Source: Vicinamibacterales bacterium
Lineage (GTDB): Bacteria > Acidobacteriota > Vicinamibacteria > Vicinamibacterales > UBA8438
Direction of reading: 5' to 3'
DNA length: 64,000 nucleotides
Assembly (NCBI GenBank): GCA_965262985.1
Contig: OZ253576.1
Span: 6,225,937-6,289,936, forward strand
Each line of letters begins with the position of its first letter. Within the stretch, counting starts at the first letter, position 1. The notes under the pieces are model-generated. The model saw only the letters and a program-made list of their open reading frames with translations, searched no databases and was not told the origin of the DNA. A program made the position numbers and the translations under genes. This document shows positions 31,318 to 40,857 of this stretch, in pieces.

Positions 31318-32943
31318 ATGAACGGACTCCGCGTTTCCCGGACTTTGGCGATGGCGGTCGTGGTCGTAGTCGTCTCTGCCGTGCTGGGCGGGCTCTTCGG
31401 TGGGCGGGTGCTGGCCGGGCAGGACAGCCTCAGTCTGCAGTACGAGTCGTTCGCGACGGCGCTGGCGGCGATCGAGAGCGACTACGTTGGCGAGGTTGAT
31501 TCCGAACGTCTCGTGTACCGCTCCATCAGCGGGATGCTCCAGAGGCTCGATCCGCACTCCAGCTTCATGGACCCGCGCTCCTACGCGCTGCTGCGGGAAC
31601 GACAGGAAGGCCGCTATTACGGACTCGGCATCTCGATCAACGTCTTCGACGGAGACATCACCGTCATGAACGTCTTCGAGGGGTCGCCGGCATTCCGGAA
31701 GGGGTTGCGGCGCGGAGACGTGATCGCCCGCATCGAGGGTGTCGATGCCCCCGGCAGCAGCGACGAAGCGGTGACCCAACTGCGCGGTCCGAAGGGGAGC
31801 ACGGTCCGCATCTCGATTCGTCGGCGCGGCTATGACCAGCTCATCGACCTGGAGGTCGAGCGAGACGAGATCACGCTTCAGACCGTACAGGGCGCCTTCA
31901 TGATCGACGATTCGATCGGGTATGTGCGTCTGCGAGATTTCTCTGAAACGAGCTCAAGCGAGCTCCGGTCGGCGCTTCGCAAACTGGACGACCTCGGCAT
32001 GGCACGGCTGGTGCTGGATCTCCGAGACAATCCGGGAGGACCGCTCGATCAGGCGATCCGGGTGTCGAACGAGTTCCTGCCGAAAGGCGATTTGATCGTG
32101 TACACGCGCGGCCGCGTGCAGAATTCGGACCAGGACTATCACGCGCGTGAGGACGGCGGCCACACGGACGTGCCGCTGGTGGTGCTCGTCAACCGGAACA
32201 GCGCGAGCGCCTCCGAAATCGTGTCCGGCGCGATCCAGGACCACGACCGCGGTCTGGTCGTCGGCGAGACGACGTTCGGCAAGGCGTTGGTGCAATCGGT
32301 CTATCGGGTCAGCCAGGAGGCCGGACTGGCGCTGACGACCGCTCGTTACCACACGCCGAGCGGACGGATGATCCAGCGCCCCTGGGACGAGGTGTTCGAC
32401 GAGTATCTGACGTATTCGTTGCGGGACCAGACGCCAGCGGATCACGATATCAGCGAGCGGCGGTTGACCGACAGTGGTCGTGAGGTTTTCGGCGGTGGCG
32501 GCATCGAACCCGACCATTTCATTGCCGGTCCTATCGAGGGTTTCGATCCGGGTCCGTTCGGGCGCCTGCTGGCGGCGCGCCAGGAGTTCGCCACTTTTGC
32601 CGAGCGGTTCTCCGCGGAGGGAGATACCCGGATTCAAGGTCAGGGGCAAGGGCGTGTGCGCGTCACCCAGGGGTTCGAGATTGACCAGGCGATGATGGCC
32701 GATTTCCGGGCGCACCTCGAGTCTCGCGGCATGATAATTGACGAGGAAGCGTTTGCGGCCGACGAGTCGTTCATTCGGTCGATGATGCGATACGAGATCG
32801 ACCTGGCCCTGTTCAGCGTCGACGAGGCACGGCGGAATCTGACGCTGAGCGACCCGCAGGCGCAGTTCTCCATCACGCTGTTCGACGAGGCGGAGCGTCT
32901 GCTCCGTCTGTCGCAAAGCACTGGAGCGGCGTCAGCGCAGTAG
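31318..32943 (+). CDS. ctpA: C-terminal processing protease, S41A family (CtpA/Prc-like)
   Basis: N-terminal anchor, PDZ GLGISI, DLRDNPGG, NSASASEIV and TFGKALVQ motifs. Confidence 0.92.
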   Translation: MNGLRVSRTLAMAVVVVVVSAVLGGLFGGRVLAGQDSLSLQYESFATALAAIESDYVGEVDSERLVYRSISGMLQRLDPHSSFMDPRSYALLRERQEGRYYGLGISINVFDGDITVMNVFEGSPAFRKGLRRGDVIARIEGVDAPGSSDEAVTQLRGPKGSTVRISIRRRGYDQLIDLEVERDEITLQTVQGAFMIDDSIGYVRLRDFSETSSSELRSALRKLDDLGMARLVLDLRDNPGGPLDQAIRVSNEFLPKGDLIVYTRGRVQNSDQDYHAREDGGHTDVPLVVLVNRNSASASEIVSGAIQDHDRGLVVGETTFGKALVQSVYRVSQEAGLALTTARYHTPSGRMIQRPWDEVFDEYLTYSLRDQTPADHDISERRLTDSGREVFGGGGIEPDHFIAGPIEGFDPGPFGRLLAARQEFATFAERFSAEGDTRIQGQGQGRVRVTQGFEIDQAMMADFRAHLESRGMIIDEEAFAADESFIRSMMRYEIDLALFSVDEARRNLTLSDPQAQFSITLFDEAERLLRLSQSTGAASAQ

Positions 32944-32970
32944 CACTCGCGGTTCGCGCCGGGGAGGTTC

Positions 32971-33000
32971 TTGCCAGTTGGTCTCCCCCCCTGGTACACT
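32971..33000 (+). promoter_or_regulatory. Candidate sigma70 promoter with extended -10
   Basis: TTGCCA-N18-TACACT, preceded by TGG. Confidence 0.55.
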
Positions 33001-33006
33001 ACCAGC

Positions 33007-33211
33007 CGAGTGAGAGGGGTGTTCTCGTTCCGAGGCAGCCTGATTGACGAGCACGGCCAGTTGATGTGCGGTCGTCGATGGGACTGAACGGGTTGCTCAC
33101 CTTTCGAGTGAATCGCGCTGGCGGTTCTGTCGTGTCGTCGGTTGTTCAGTTTTCGTTGAGCGTTCCCAGCTGCTCTCGAGGGTGAAGTCACCCTGGATCG
33201 AGCAGCTTTTT
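33007..33211 (+). ncRNA. Candidate small RNA or attenuated 5' leader upstream of smc (unassigned)
   Basis: Bounded by a candidate promoter and an intrinsic terminator; no convincing ORF; internal ACTGAAC/GTTCAGT pairing. Confidence 0.3.
33168..33211 (+). terminator. Intrinsic terminator-like hairpin
   Basis: AGCTGCTC..AGGGTG-AAGT-CACCCT..GAGCAGCT followed by TTTT. Confidence 0.6.
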
Positions 33212-33329
33212 CTGTGTACGCCTCCGGTCAGGAGATGGTTCGTTCAGGCGTGACGACCCGTGAGTGTGCCGGCGGCGCCGATGGAGGACGTTGTTCGGAA
33301 AGAGCGTTCGACAGCGAGAGATCACACTG

Positions 33330-36300
33330 ATGCACCTGCAGAATCTTGAGATCTCCGGGTTCAAGAGTTTTCCGGAACGGGCGCGTCTGATTTTCGATGA
33401 CGGGGTGACCGCCATCGTCGGTCCCAACGGCTGCGGAAAAAGCAACGTCATCGACGCGATTACATGGGTGCTCGGCGAGCAAAGCGCCAAGAGCTTGCGC
33501 GGCGAACGGATGGAGGACGTGATTTTCAGCGGCAGCGATGCGCGCAAGGCTATCGGCACCGCGGAGGTCAGAATGATGCTGGCTCGCGTGGCCGCCGCGC
33601 CCGGCATGGTCGGCGGCGGCCCAGAGCCGGCCCCTGACGGCGCCCGCGAGGCATCTTCAGGACATCGCGATGGTGCCGATCGCACAGCCGCGACCCCGGT
33701 GAGGGACGGAGCCGACCTCGATGAGTTGCTGCCGCTCATTACGCGCAACATCGAGGTCGGGCGTCGGCTCTACCGTTCAGGCGAAAGTGAATACCTGATC
33801 GATGGGAGAGTCTGCCGCCTTCGCGACATTCAGGATCTGCTCATGGACTCCGGAGTGGGGGTCAAGGCCTACGCCGTCATCGAGCAGGGCAAGATCGGGC
33901 AGATCCTCGCCGCCCGGCCGATCGAGCGGCGTCAATTGATCGAAGAAGCCGCCGGCGTCACCAAGTACAAAAGCCGCCGCCGCTCGGCCGAGCTGAAACT
34001 CGAGGCCGCCCAGCAGAACCTGACCCGTGTCGACGACATTGTCCATGAGGTCGAGAAGCAGCGGCGCGCGCTGAAACGTCAGGCGGCGAAAGCCCGTCGC
34101 TACCGGCGCCTTCGGGAGGATCTCCGGCGGTGGGAGACCGTGGGGTTCGCCCGTCGCCATCAGATGTGTCGCGAGGTGATCGAGCGTGCTCGTACGCGTC
34201 TCGCTGAAGCTCGTCTTCGAGAAGCCGCCGCCGCGTCGCTGCTGGCGCGGGTCGAGGGCGACCGGGAGCGTTGCCGCATTGAGCTCATGGAAGCGGAGGA
34301 CGCCGTCAGGGAGGCGCGAGACGCGGCGCACGAACGCGAGCTGGCGGTCGACCGCCGCCAGCAGCAGATCACCTTCGATACCCGCCGGGTCGAGACCCTG
34401 GGCGCCACGCTGGCAGAGATGGAACGCGACGTGGCCGACCTGGTGTCGCGCCAGGACCCGGCGCGTCGTGAGTTCGAAGAGCAGGTTGCCGCCGCCGAGC
34501 GCTGCGCGGCCGAGCGGGATGCACTGAGGTCCATGGTGCAGCGCAAGGAAGAGGCGTTCGCTCAGGCGCAACGCGACCTCGACGGACTCGAAGGGGATGT
34601 CGAGACAGCCCGGAGCGAGATGTACGCCGTCACCAACGCCGCGACGGCTCTGCGTCACGCGGTCGATAACGCTGCGTCAGGTCAGATGAGGCTGGCCGAG
34701 ACGATGTCCAAGCTCGATGCCGAGGCCGGTGACCTGGACATCGAGCTGCAGACCATCGCCAGCAGCCGGGCGAAGACGCACGCCGCCGAGTTGGCCACGC
34801 GCGAGGCGTTGGCCCGGGTCCGCGGCGCATGTGCCGAACGCGTCGCCGAGTTGTCGTCGTTACGCGCTGAGCACGAGGCGCGCACACGCGAGTTGCGGGA
34901 CCAGGAGCAGGAGCTGGCCGGTCTCACGGGTCGGCTGACCTCGTTGCGGGATATGGAAACAACAAGAGCAGGATATTCGGACGCTGTCCGCCTGCTGCTC
35001 TCGACAGCGGATTCCGGTATCCGTCAACTGGGTTCCGTTGCGGACCATCTTGAGGTGCTGCCAGGTCACGAACGCGCTGTCGAGGCCTGTCTCGGCGATC
35101 TGCTGCAGTATGTCGTCGTGCCATCCTGGGCAGATGCTGAAGCCGGTTTGGACTTTACGCGACAGCACGGGGCCGGGCGCGGCGGGTTTCTGGTGCTCGA
35201 TGGCGCGGTCACGCAGCCGGTGCCGCCACCGCCGGCCGACGGGTTGGTCTCGGTCGCGAATGTCGTGCGCGTTGACGGGCGCGGGGCGGATGCGATTCGC
35301 GCGGAGATCGCGGATTGCTGGCTTGCAGGATCGTACGGTGAGGCCGAACGCGCGGCGTCCCGGTCCACCGCGTTGATTGCGACGCCGGCCGGCGACGTAT
35401 TTCACGGAACCGGACGGGTCAGCGGCGGCGCCAAGGGCGGCGCCCTCGGCATCCTGGCGGCGAAGCGCGAGATAAGGGACCTCAATGAGCAGATCGTGGT
35501 TCAGCAGGCGACCGTGGCACGCCTTGGCGACCGGCTAGGTCGGCTCGATGTTGAGATCAATCGTGCAGAGACCGCGCTGGCCGAGGCGACGCAGGAGCTG
35601 CACCAGCACGAGAAGGAGATGTTGGGACATGAAATGCAACGCGCCGCGCGGAACGAGGAGGAGCAGCGCCTGAACCGGAAGCGAGACGTTATTGCGACTG
35701 AGCGCCGCTCGGCGGCCGAAGAAAACGAAGTATTGGAGGCACGTCAGACCGAAGCGAACGTCTCGATTGAGCGAATACGAGGCGAACAGCGGATCGCCGA
35801 TGAGCGTTTCGCTGCCTCGCAGCGTCGCGTGCTCGACGCTCGCGGGTCGCTCGATGCTCTGAGTCGCGAGGTGGTCGAAGCGAAGGCGGCGCACGCTGCG
35901 TTGGTCGAACGCTCGTCGGCGTTGGAAGCGAGCGTCGTGCGTTTCGAACGGGCGAATCAGGAGCTTGCCGGTCGGCTCGCGCACCAGCAGGCAAAGCAGG
36001 CCCGGACTCGCACCACGCGTGAAGAACTCGTGGCCGCCGTGGCGTCGTCGACGCGGCGTCTCGACGAGGACATCGCCGGGCTGGCGACGTTGCGAGCGAA
36101 GGTGCAGGAGGCCGACGAGCAGGCGCTGGGCCGCCGCGCTCACCTCGATACGGGGGACAGCGACGTGCGCGTCGCTCGGTCAGGTCTGGAAGAAAGGCGC
36201 GCCGAGGTCGCCGAACTGGACGTCGTCCGAGTGACCGCTGAAGGCGATCTGGCGCATCTTGAAGATTCCTGCCGCGTCGCGTTGCAGATGTCACTGGATG

Positions 36301-37115
36301 AGGTGACCGCTCAGATGGCTGGGCTCGTCGGCGACGAGGGCTTCGATCCGGATGCCGAGTTGCGTTCCCACGCCGTCGACATCGGTTCAGATGAAGACGA
36401 TGAGGCAGTCGTCGATACCCAGCCGGCGGAGGTCGAGGCGAGCCCGGTTGAGACCCCGACGAGACCGATGACGGTCGAAGATATGGTGGCCGTATTGAAA
36501 ACGAAGATCGATCGTCTGGGGCCGGTGAACATGATGGCCATCGACGAGTTCGACGACCTTGAAGCGCGCTACGACTTTCTCACCACGCAGCGCCGGGACC
36601 TCGAGGAATCGATCAAGGCGACGGGCGACGCTATCGCACGGATCAACCGCACGACCCGCGAACGGTTCCGTAATGCGTTCGAAGCGATCAACACGCACTT
36701 CCAGAATACGTTCTCCACGTTGTTCGGCGGCGGACGCGCGGGGCTCGTGCTACTTGACGAGACCGACCTGCTCGAGAGCGGGATCGAGATCATCGCCCAA
36801 CCGCCGGGCAAGCGGTTGCAAAATATTCAGTTGTTGTCGGGGGGTGAGAAGGCGCTCTCGGCCATGGCGCTGATGTTCGCGATCTTCAGGTACAAGCCGA
36901 GTCCGTTTTGCCTGCTCGACGAGATTGACGCACCGCTCGACGAAGCCAACATCGGACGCTTTGTCGAGATGCTGCGAGGTATGCAGTCTGACACCCAGTT
37001 CATTCTCGTGACCCATAATCGCAAGACGATGGAGATCGCCGACCGGTTGTACGGAGTGACGATGGAAGAGCCGGGAGTGTCGAAACTGATTTCGGTGCAG
37101 CTCGGTCAGGCTTGA
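33330..37115 (+). CDS. smc: Chromosome segregation protein SMC
   Basis: GFKSF, GPNGCGKSN, hinge GGAKGG, LSGGEK signature and LLDEIDAPLD. Confidence 0.97.
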   Translation: MHLQNLEISGFKSFPERARLIFDDGVTAIVGPNGCGKSNVIDAITWVLGEQSAKSLRGERMEDVIFSGSDARKAIGTAEVRMMLARVAAAPGMVGGGPEPAPDGAREASSGHRDGADRTAATPVRDGADLDELLPLITRNIEVGRRLYRSGESEYLIDGRVCRLRDIQDLLMDSGVGVKAYAVIEQGKIGQILAARPIERRQLIEEAAGVTKYKSRRRSAELKLEAAQQNLTRVDDIVHEVEKQRRALKRQAAKARRYRRLREDLRRWETVGFARRHQMCREVIERARTRLAEARLREAAAASLLARVEGDRERCRIELMEAEDAVREARDAAHERELAVDRRQQQITFDTRRVETLGATLAEMERDVADLVSRQDPARREFEEQVAAAERCAAERDALRSMVQRKEEAFAQAQRDLDGLEGDVETARSEMYAVTNAATALRHAVDNAASGQMRLAETMSKLDAEAGDLDIELQTIASSRAKTHAAELATREALARVRGACAERVAELSSLRAEHEARTRELRDQEQELAGLTGRLTSLRDMETTRAGYSDAVRLLLSTADSGIRQLGSVADHLEVLPGHERAVEACLGDLLQYVVVPSWADAEAGLDFTRQHGAGRGGFLVLDGAVTQPVPPPPADGLVSVANVVRVDGRGADAIRAEIADCWLAGSYGEAERAASRSTALIATPAGDVFHGTGRVSGGAKGGALGILAAKREIRDLNEQIVVQQATVARLGDRLGRLDVEINRAETALAEATQELHQHEKEMLGHEMQRAARNEEEQRLNRKRDVIATERRSAAEENEVLEARQTEANVSIERIRGEQRIADERFAASQRRVLDARGSLDALSREVVEAKAAHAALVERSSALEASVVRFERANQELAGRLAHQQAKQARTRTTREELVAAVASSTRRLDEDIAGLATLRAKVQEADEQALGRRAHLDTGDSDVRVARSGLEERRAEVAELDVVRVTAEGDLAHLEDSCRVALQMSLDEVTAQMAGLVGDEGFDPDAELRSHAVDIGSDEDDEAVVDTQPAEVEASPVETPTRPMTVEDMVAVLKTKIDRLGPVNMMAIDEFDDLEARYDFLTTQRRDLEESIKATGDAIARINRTTRERFRNAFEAINTHFQNTFSTLFGGGRAGLVLLDETDLLESGIEIIAQPPGKRLQNIQLLSGGEKALSAMALMFAIFRYKPSPFCLLDEIDAPLDEANIGRFVEMLRGMQSDTQFILVTHNRKTMEIADRLYGVTMEEPGVSKLISVQLGQA

Positions 37116-37307
37116 TGCCTCGGGGCCGGCCCCTGCGGCTCCAGGCCAGGGTCTCCTCCGTCGCGGTTGGTCGAATTGCTGCGGCACACGCACCCGCCGT
37201 TGTTCCGCCGTCTGGCGGCGGCGCGTCTCGCCGTGGCCACGCGGCGAACCGGGGAGGGTTCACGGCGCCGTTCCTGAGGCTTTGCTGCCGTGGCGTTCAG
37301 CCGGTTC

Positions 37308-39446
37308 CTACGACTTCACCGGCTGCCGGTCGCGCCGATTGCCAGCATTCTGGTCACCGCCCGCCGGTCGATCGAGCAGCGCCTTGCGGCTCAATCGAAT
37401 CTTGCCTGAGGGGTCGACGTTGATCACCTTCACCAGGACTTTCTCCCCCTCCTGAAGCTCGTCCCGCACTTCCTTGACACGGTAGTGCGCTATTTCTGAG
37501 ACGTGCAGCAACCCGTCCACGCCAGGCAATACCTCGACGAATGCCCCGAAGTCGGTAATCCGTTGCACGGTTCCCAGGTATGACTTGTTCAGTTCCGGTG
37601 TGGCGGTGAGCTCCTCGATGATTGAGATAGCCTTTTGTGCGGAAGCATCGTCACTCGAGGCGACGTTGACGCGGCCGTCGTCCTCGACGTCGATCTTGAC
37701 CCCCGTGCGTTCAATGATGCTCCGGATGGTCTTGCCGCCCGGTCCGATCACGTCGCGGATCTTGTCGACTGGAATCTGGATGGTGACAATGCGCGGAGCA
37801 TGCGACGAGATGGTGGTGCGCGGGTCTTGTAACGTGGCGCGCATCCGCTCGAGGATGTGCAGCCGGCCGGCCTTGGCCTGTTCCAGCGCCTGTTGCATGA
37901 TCTCGGCCGTGATACCGGCCACCTTGATGTCCATCTGCAGCGCGGTGATGCCGTCGGCGGTGCCTGCAACCTTGAAGTCCATGTCCCCGTAATGATCCTC
38001 GGCGCCCGCGATGTCGCTGAGGACTGCATGCCTTCCGGTGTTCTCGTCCAGAATGAGGCCCATTGCGACCCCGGCGACTGGCGCCTTCAGTGGCACCCCG
38101 GCGTCCATCAGGGCCAGCGTACCTCCGCAGACCGAGGCCATTGAAGATGACCCGTTCGACTCGAGGATGTCGGACACGACTCGCATGGTGTAAGGGAATG
38201 AGTCTTCGCCGGGCACGACCGGCAGCAGACTGCGCTCAGCCAGATTCCCGTGTCCGATTTCCCGTCGCCCAGGACCGCGCAGGAACTTGACCTCCCCGAC
38301 CGAGAACGGCGGGAAGTTGTAGTGCAGCATGAAACGGCGGTAGGTCTCGCCGTCGACCAACTCGATCTTCTGCTGGTCGTCGGCCGTGCCGAGCGTCGAC
38401 GTGACCAGCGCTTGGGTCTCTCCGCGCGTGAAGACGGCCGATCCGTGCGCTCGGGGGAGCAGGCCGACATCGCACGTGATGTTGCGAATCTCGTCGAACG
38501 CTCGTCCATCAAGGCGCTGTCCGCGCTCGAGCACCTCGTCACGCAGCACCTTTTCCTTCAGCCCCTTGAAGACGCTCTTGGTATCGGCGCGGCGTTCCGC
38601 ATCCTCCTGAGGGAGTGTCGCCAGATAGTCGTCGAGAACTTTGTCGACGGCCGAATAGCTCTCCAGCTTGTCCTTGATCCGCATCGCGTCAGCGAGCGGG
38701 CCGATCAACTGGCTCTCGACCTCGGCGGCGACAGTGGGGTCGGGCGACTTGGCGTCCACTTGGAGTTTTGTCTTGCCGGCCGCCGCGGCCAGACTGTCGA
38801 TCTCGTCGATAATCTGCCGAATAGCCCCATGCCCCGCGTCGAGCGCACGGATCATGTCCTCTTCCGAGACCTCCTTGGCGCCCGCCTCGACCATGACCAA
38901 TGCGTCTCTGCTCCCCGCGACTACGAGATCGAGGCTCCCGCTGCGTCGCTGCTCATAGGTCGGGTTGATCAGGAGCTTCCCATCGAGCATTCCAATGCGT
39001 ACCGCGGCGATGGTGGCCTGAAGCGGAATCTCGGAGAGCGCCAGCGCCGCGGAGGCTCCAGTGAGAGCCAGGACGTCGGAGTCGTTCTCCTTGTCAGCGG
39101 AGATGACGAAGGCGACGACCTGAGTCTCGCGACGCCAGCCGTCCGGAAACAACGGCCGGATGGGGCGGTCGATCACCCTGCTGGTCAACACCTCTTTTTC
39201 CGGCGGCTTGCCCTCGCGCTTGAAGAAGCCGCCCGGGATTCGGCCCGATGCGTACGTGTTCTCCCGGTAGTCGACGGTCAGGGGAAGAAAGTCGATCCCC
39301 TCCCGTTCATGAGGCGAGTAGCAGGCGGTCACGAGCACCATCGTGTCGCCATAACGAACTACGACGGATCCGTTGGCCTGCTTGGCCAGCTTGCCCGTCT
39401 CGATGGTCAGGGGCTGACCGCCAACATTCACTGCGCCTGTATGCAT
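37308..39446 (-). CDS. pnp: Polyribonucleotide nucleotidyltransferase (PNPase)
   Basis: FLPLTVDY, RREIGHG, SNGSSSMAS and GDMDFKVAG motifs, KH and S1 domains. Confidence 0.98.
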   Translation of the reverse strand: MHTGAVNVGGQPLTIETGKLAKQANGSVVVRYGDTMVLVTACYSPHEREGIDFLPLTVDYRENTYASGRIPGGFFKREGKPPEKEVLTSRVIDRPIRPLFPDGWRRETQVVAFVISADKENDSDVLALTGASAALALSEIPLQATIAAVRIGMLDGKLLINPTYEQRRSGSLDLVVAGSRDALVMVEAGAKEVSEEDMIRALDAGHGAIRQIIDEIDSLAAAAGKTKLQVDAKSPDPTVAAEVESQLIGPLADAMRIKDKLESYSAVDKVLDDYLATLPQEDAERRADTKSVFKGLKEKVLRDEVLERGQRLDGRAFDEIRNITCDVGLLPRAHGSAVFTRGETQALVTSTLGTADDQQKIELVDGETYRRFMLHYNFPPFSVGEVKFLRGPGRREIGHGNLAERSLLPVVPGEDSFPYTMRVVSDILESNGSSSMASVCGGTLALMDAGVPLKAPVAGVAMGLILDENTGRHAVLSDIAGAEDHYGDMDFKVAGTADGITALQMDIKVAGITAEIMQQALEQAKAGRLHILERMRATLQDPRTTISSHAPRIVTIQIPVDKIRDVIGPGGKTIRSIIERTGVKIDVEDDGRVNVASSDDASAQKAISIIEELTATPELNKSYLGTVQRITDFGAFVEVLPGVDGLLHVSEIAHYRVKEVRDELQEGEKVLVKVINVDPSGKIRLSRKALLDRPAGGDQNAGNRRDRQPVKS

Positions 39447-39525
39447 GATTTCACTCCACAATACTGTCCGGACGGCGAGGAGACGAACGAGCGGGAGTAC
39501 GGGAACGAACGGTGGTTCGTTCCAC

Positions 39526-39795
39526 CTACTTGCGGAGACCCAGCCGTTTGATCAGGTGGGCGTATCGTCCCGAGTCCTTGGATTTGAGGTAGTCAAGGAG
39601 TCGGCGGCGTTGCCCCACGAGCTTCAGCAATCCCCGGCGCGAGTGATGATCTTTCGCGTGGATCTTGAAATGCTCGGTCAAATAGCTGATACGCTCGCTG
39701 AGCAGGGCAACCTGCACCTCAGGCGAACCGGTATCGGTCTCGTGAACCTGATACGAGCCGATAAGTTCGATCTTTTGTTCTTTCAGTAACACCAC
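39526..39795 (-). CDS. rpsO: 30S ribosomal protein S15
   Basis: [12 protein letters not shown]...[14 protein letters not shown]. Confidence 0.98.
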   Translation of the reverse strand: MVLLKEQKIELIGSYQVHETDTGSPEVQVALLSERISYLTEHFKIHAKDHHSRRGLLKLVGQRRRLLDYLKSKDSGRYAHLIKRLGLRK

Positions 39796-39900
39796 TGGTG
39801 ATCACCTCCACGAACGGCCCAGATACGACCGATGCGAGATGGTCGAACAGCCGGTGCTCCAAACCGCCGTGATTACGATGTCAGCCCTCTCAATTTGATT
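39796..39900 (-). promoter_or_regulatory. Possible structured rpsO leader (S15 autoregulation)
   Basis: Minus-strand stems CGACC/GGTCG and CACGGC/GCCGTTCGTG next to the GGAGGT RBS. S15 leaders are established in other phyla; no model was checked. Confidence 0.3.
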
Positions 39901-39912
39901 AACCGGCCGATC

Positions 39913-40857
39913 TTACACTAGAACGATCTTGGGACGCAAAACGCCATCGGCCCCTGATTCTGCGATGGCCAGCAGCCTGCCGGTCTCGTCCAGCACGCGG
40001 ATCCGGGCGCCCGCCAGGTCGGTTGGGAGGCTGGCGACAACGAGTTCGCCTGGCCCCAGCGGGTTACCGTGCGCCGCTCGACGCGCGCCCGGGGCGTTGA
40101 CGACCACCCGGGGCAGGTCGGGAAGCAGGTCGCGCATGGGCACCAGCCGGGCTGCCACCGCGTCGCCGGCGTCCATCAACGCGTCCAGCGGCACCGCGTC
40201 GTCGAGCCGGAACGGGCCATGACGCTCACGGCGAAGGGTCTCGAGACACCCACCGCATCCAAGCTTCCCGCCGAGGTCGTGCGCGAGCGACCGGACGTAG
40301 AAGCCGCTGGAACAGACGACGCGACAGCGCACCCGGTGTGCCTCGACGGCCAGCAGGGTGAGCGATTCGACGGTCACAGGCACCGGACTGATCTCGACCG
40401 GCTGGTGCCGCCGTGCAAGCTCGTAGGCGCGCACCCCACCGATCTTCTTCGCCGAAACGGGTGGCGGTCGTTGCAGATAGGAGCCGACGAAGTCCTCGGC
40501 CGCAGCCGAGATGGCCCCGGCGTCAGGCCAGGCGGCCCGCGTCTGGCTCGACGGGTCCAGGAGGCCGGCTTCGGAGCCGCCCACGATCGAACCGGTGATA
40601 TCGAAGCTGTCGGTAATCAATCCCAGCCTGATCACCGCATCGTATTGCTTGCGGGATTCGGCGAACAACGAAGCGAGCCTGGTGGCGCGCCCCACGACCA
40701 GAGGCAGCACCCCGGTCGCCAATGGATCGAGCGTGCCCAGGTGACCCGCCTTGCGAAGCCCGAGCGCGTGCCGGGCCGCCGCCACGACATCATGCGAGGT
40801 GGGGCCGGAGGGCTTGTCGACCACCAGCACTCCGTCCAGTCCTGCCGCTACCGTCAC
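39913..40857 (-). CDS. truB: tRNA pseudouridine(55) synthase TruB
   Basis: DKPSGPTSHDVV, GHLGTLDPLATGVL and SSGFYVRSLA motifs. Confidence 0.96.
   Translation of the reverse strand: MTVAAGLDGVLVVDKPSGPTSHDVVAAARHALGLRKAGHLGTLDPLATGVLPLVVGRATRLASLFAESRKQYDAVIRLGLITDSFDITGSIVGGSEAGLLDPSSQTRAAWPDAGAISAAAEDFVGSYLQRPPPVSAKKIGGVRAYELARRHQPVEISPVPVTVESLTLLAVEAHRVRCRVVCSSGFYVRSLAHDLGGKLGCGGCLETLRRERHGPFRLDDAVPLDALMDAGDAVAARLVPMRDLLPDLPRVVVNAPGARRAAHGNPLGPGELVVASLPTDLAGARIRVLDETGRLLAIAESGADGVLRPKIVLV

Noticed and set aside
33007-33211. 6S RNA, SRP RNA or a known riboswitch
   Set aside because: No 5'/3' closing stem as in 6S, no SRP domain IV motif, and no recognisable aptamer consensus; kept only as an unassigned candidate.
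37116-37307. GC-rich hairpins between convergent smc and pnp as an ncRNA
   Set aside because: Short imperfect stems without U-tracts are expected by chance at this GC content.
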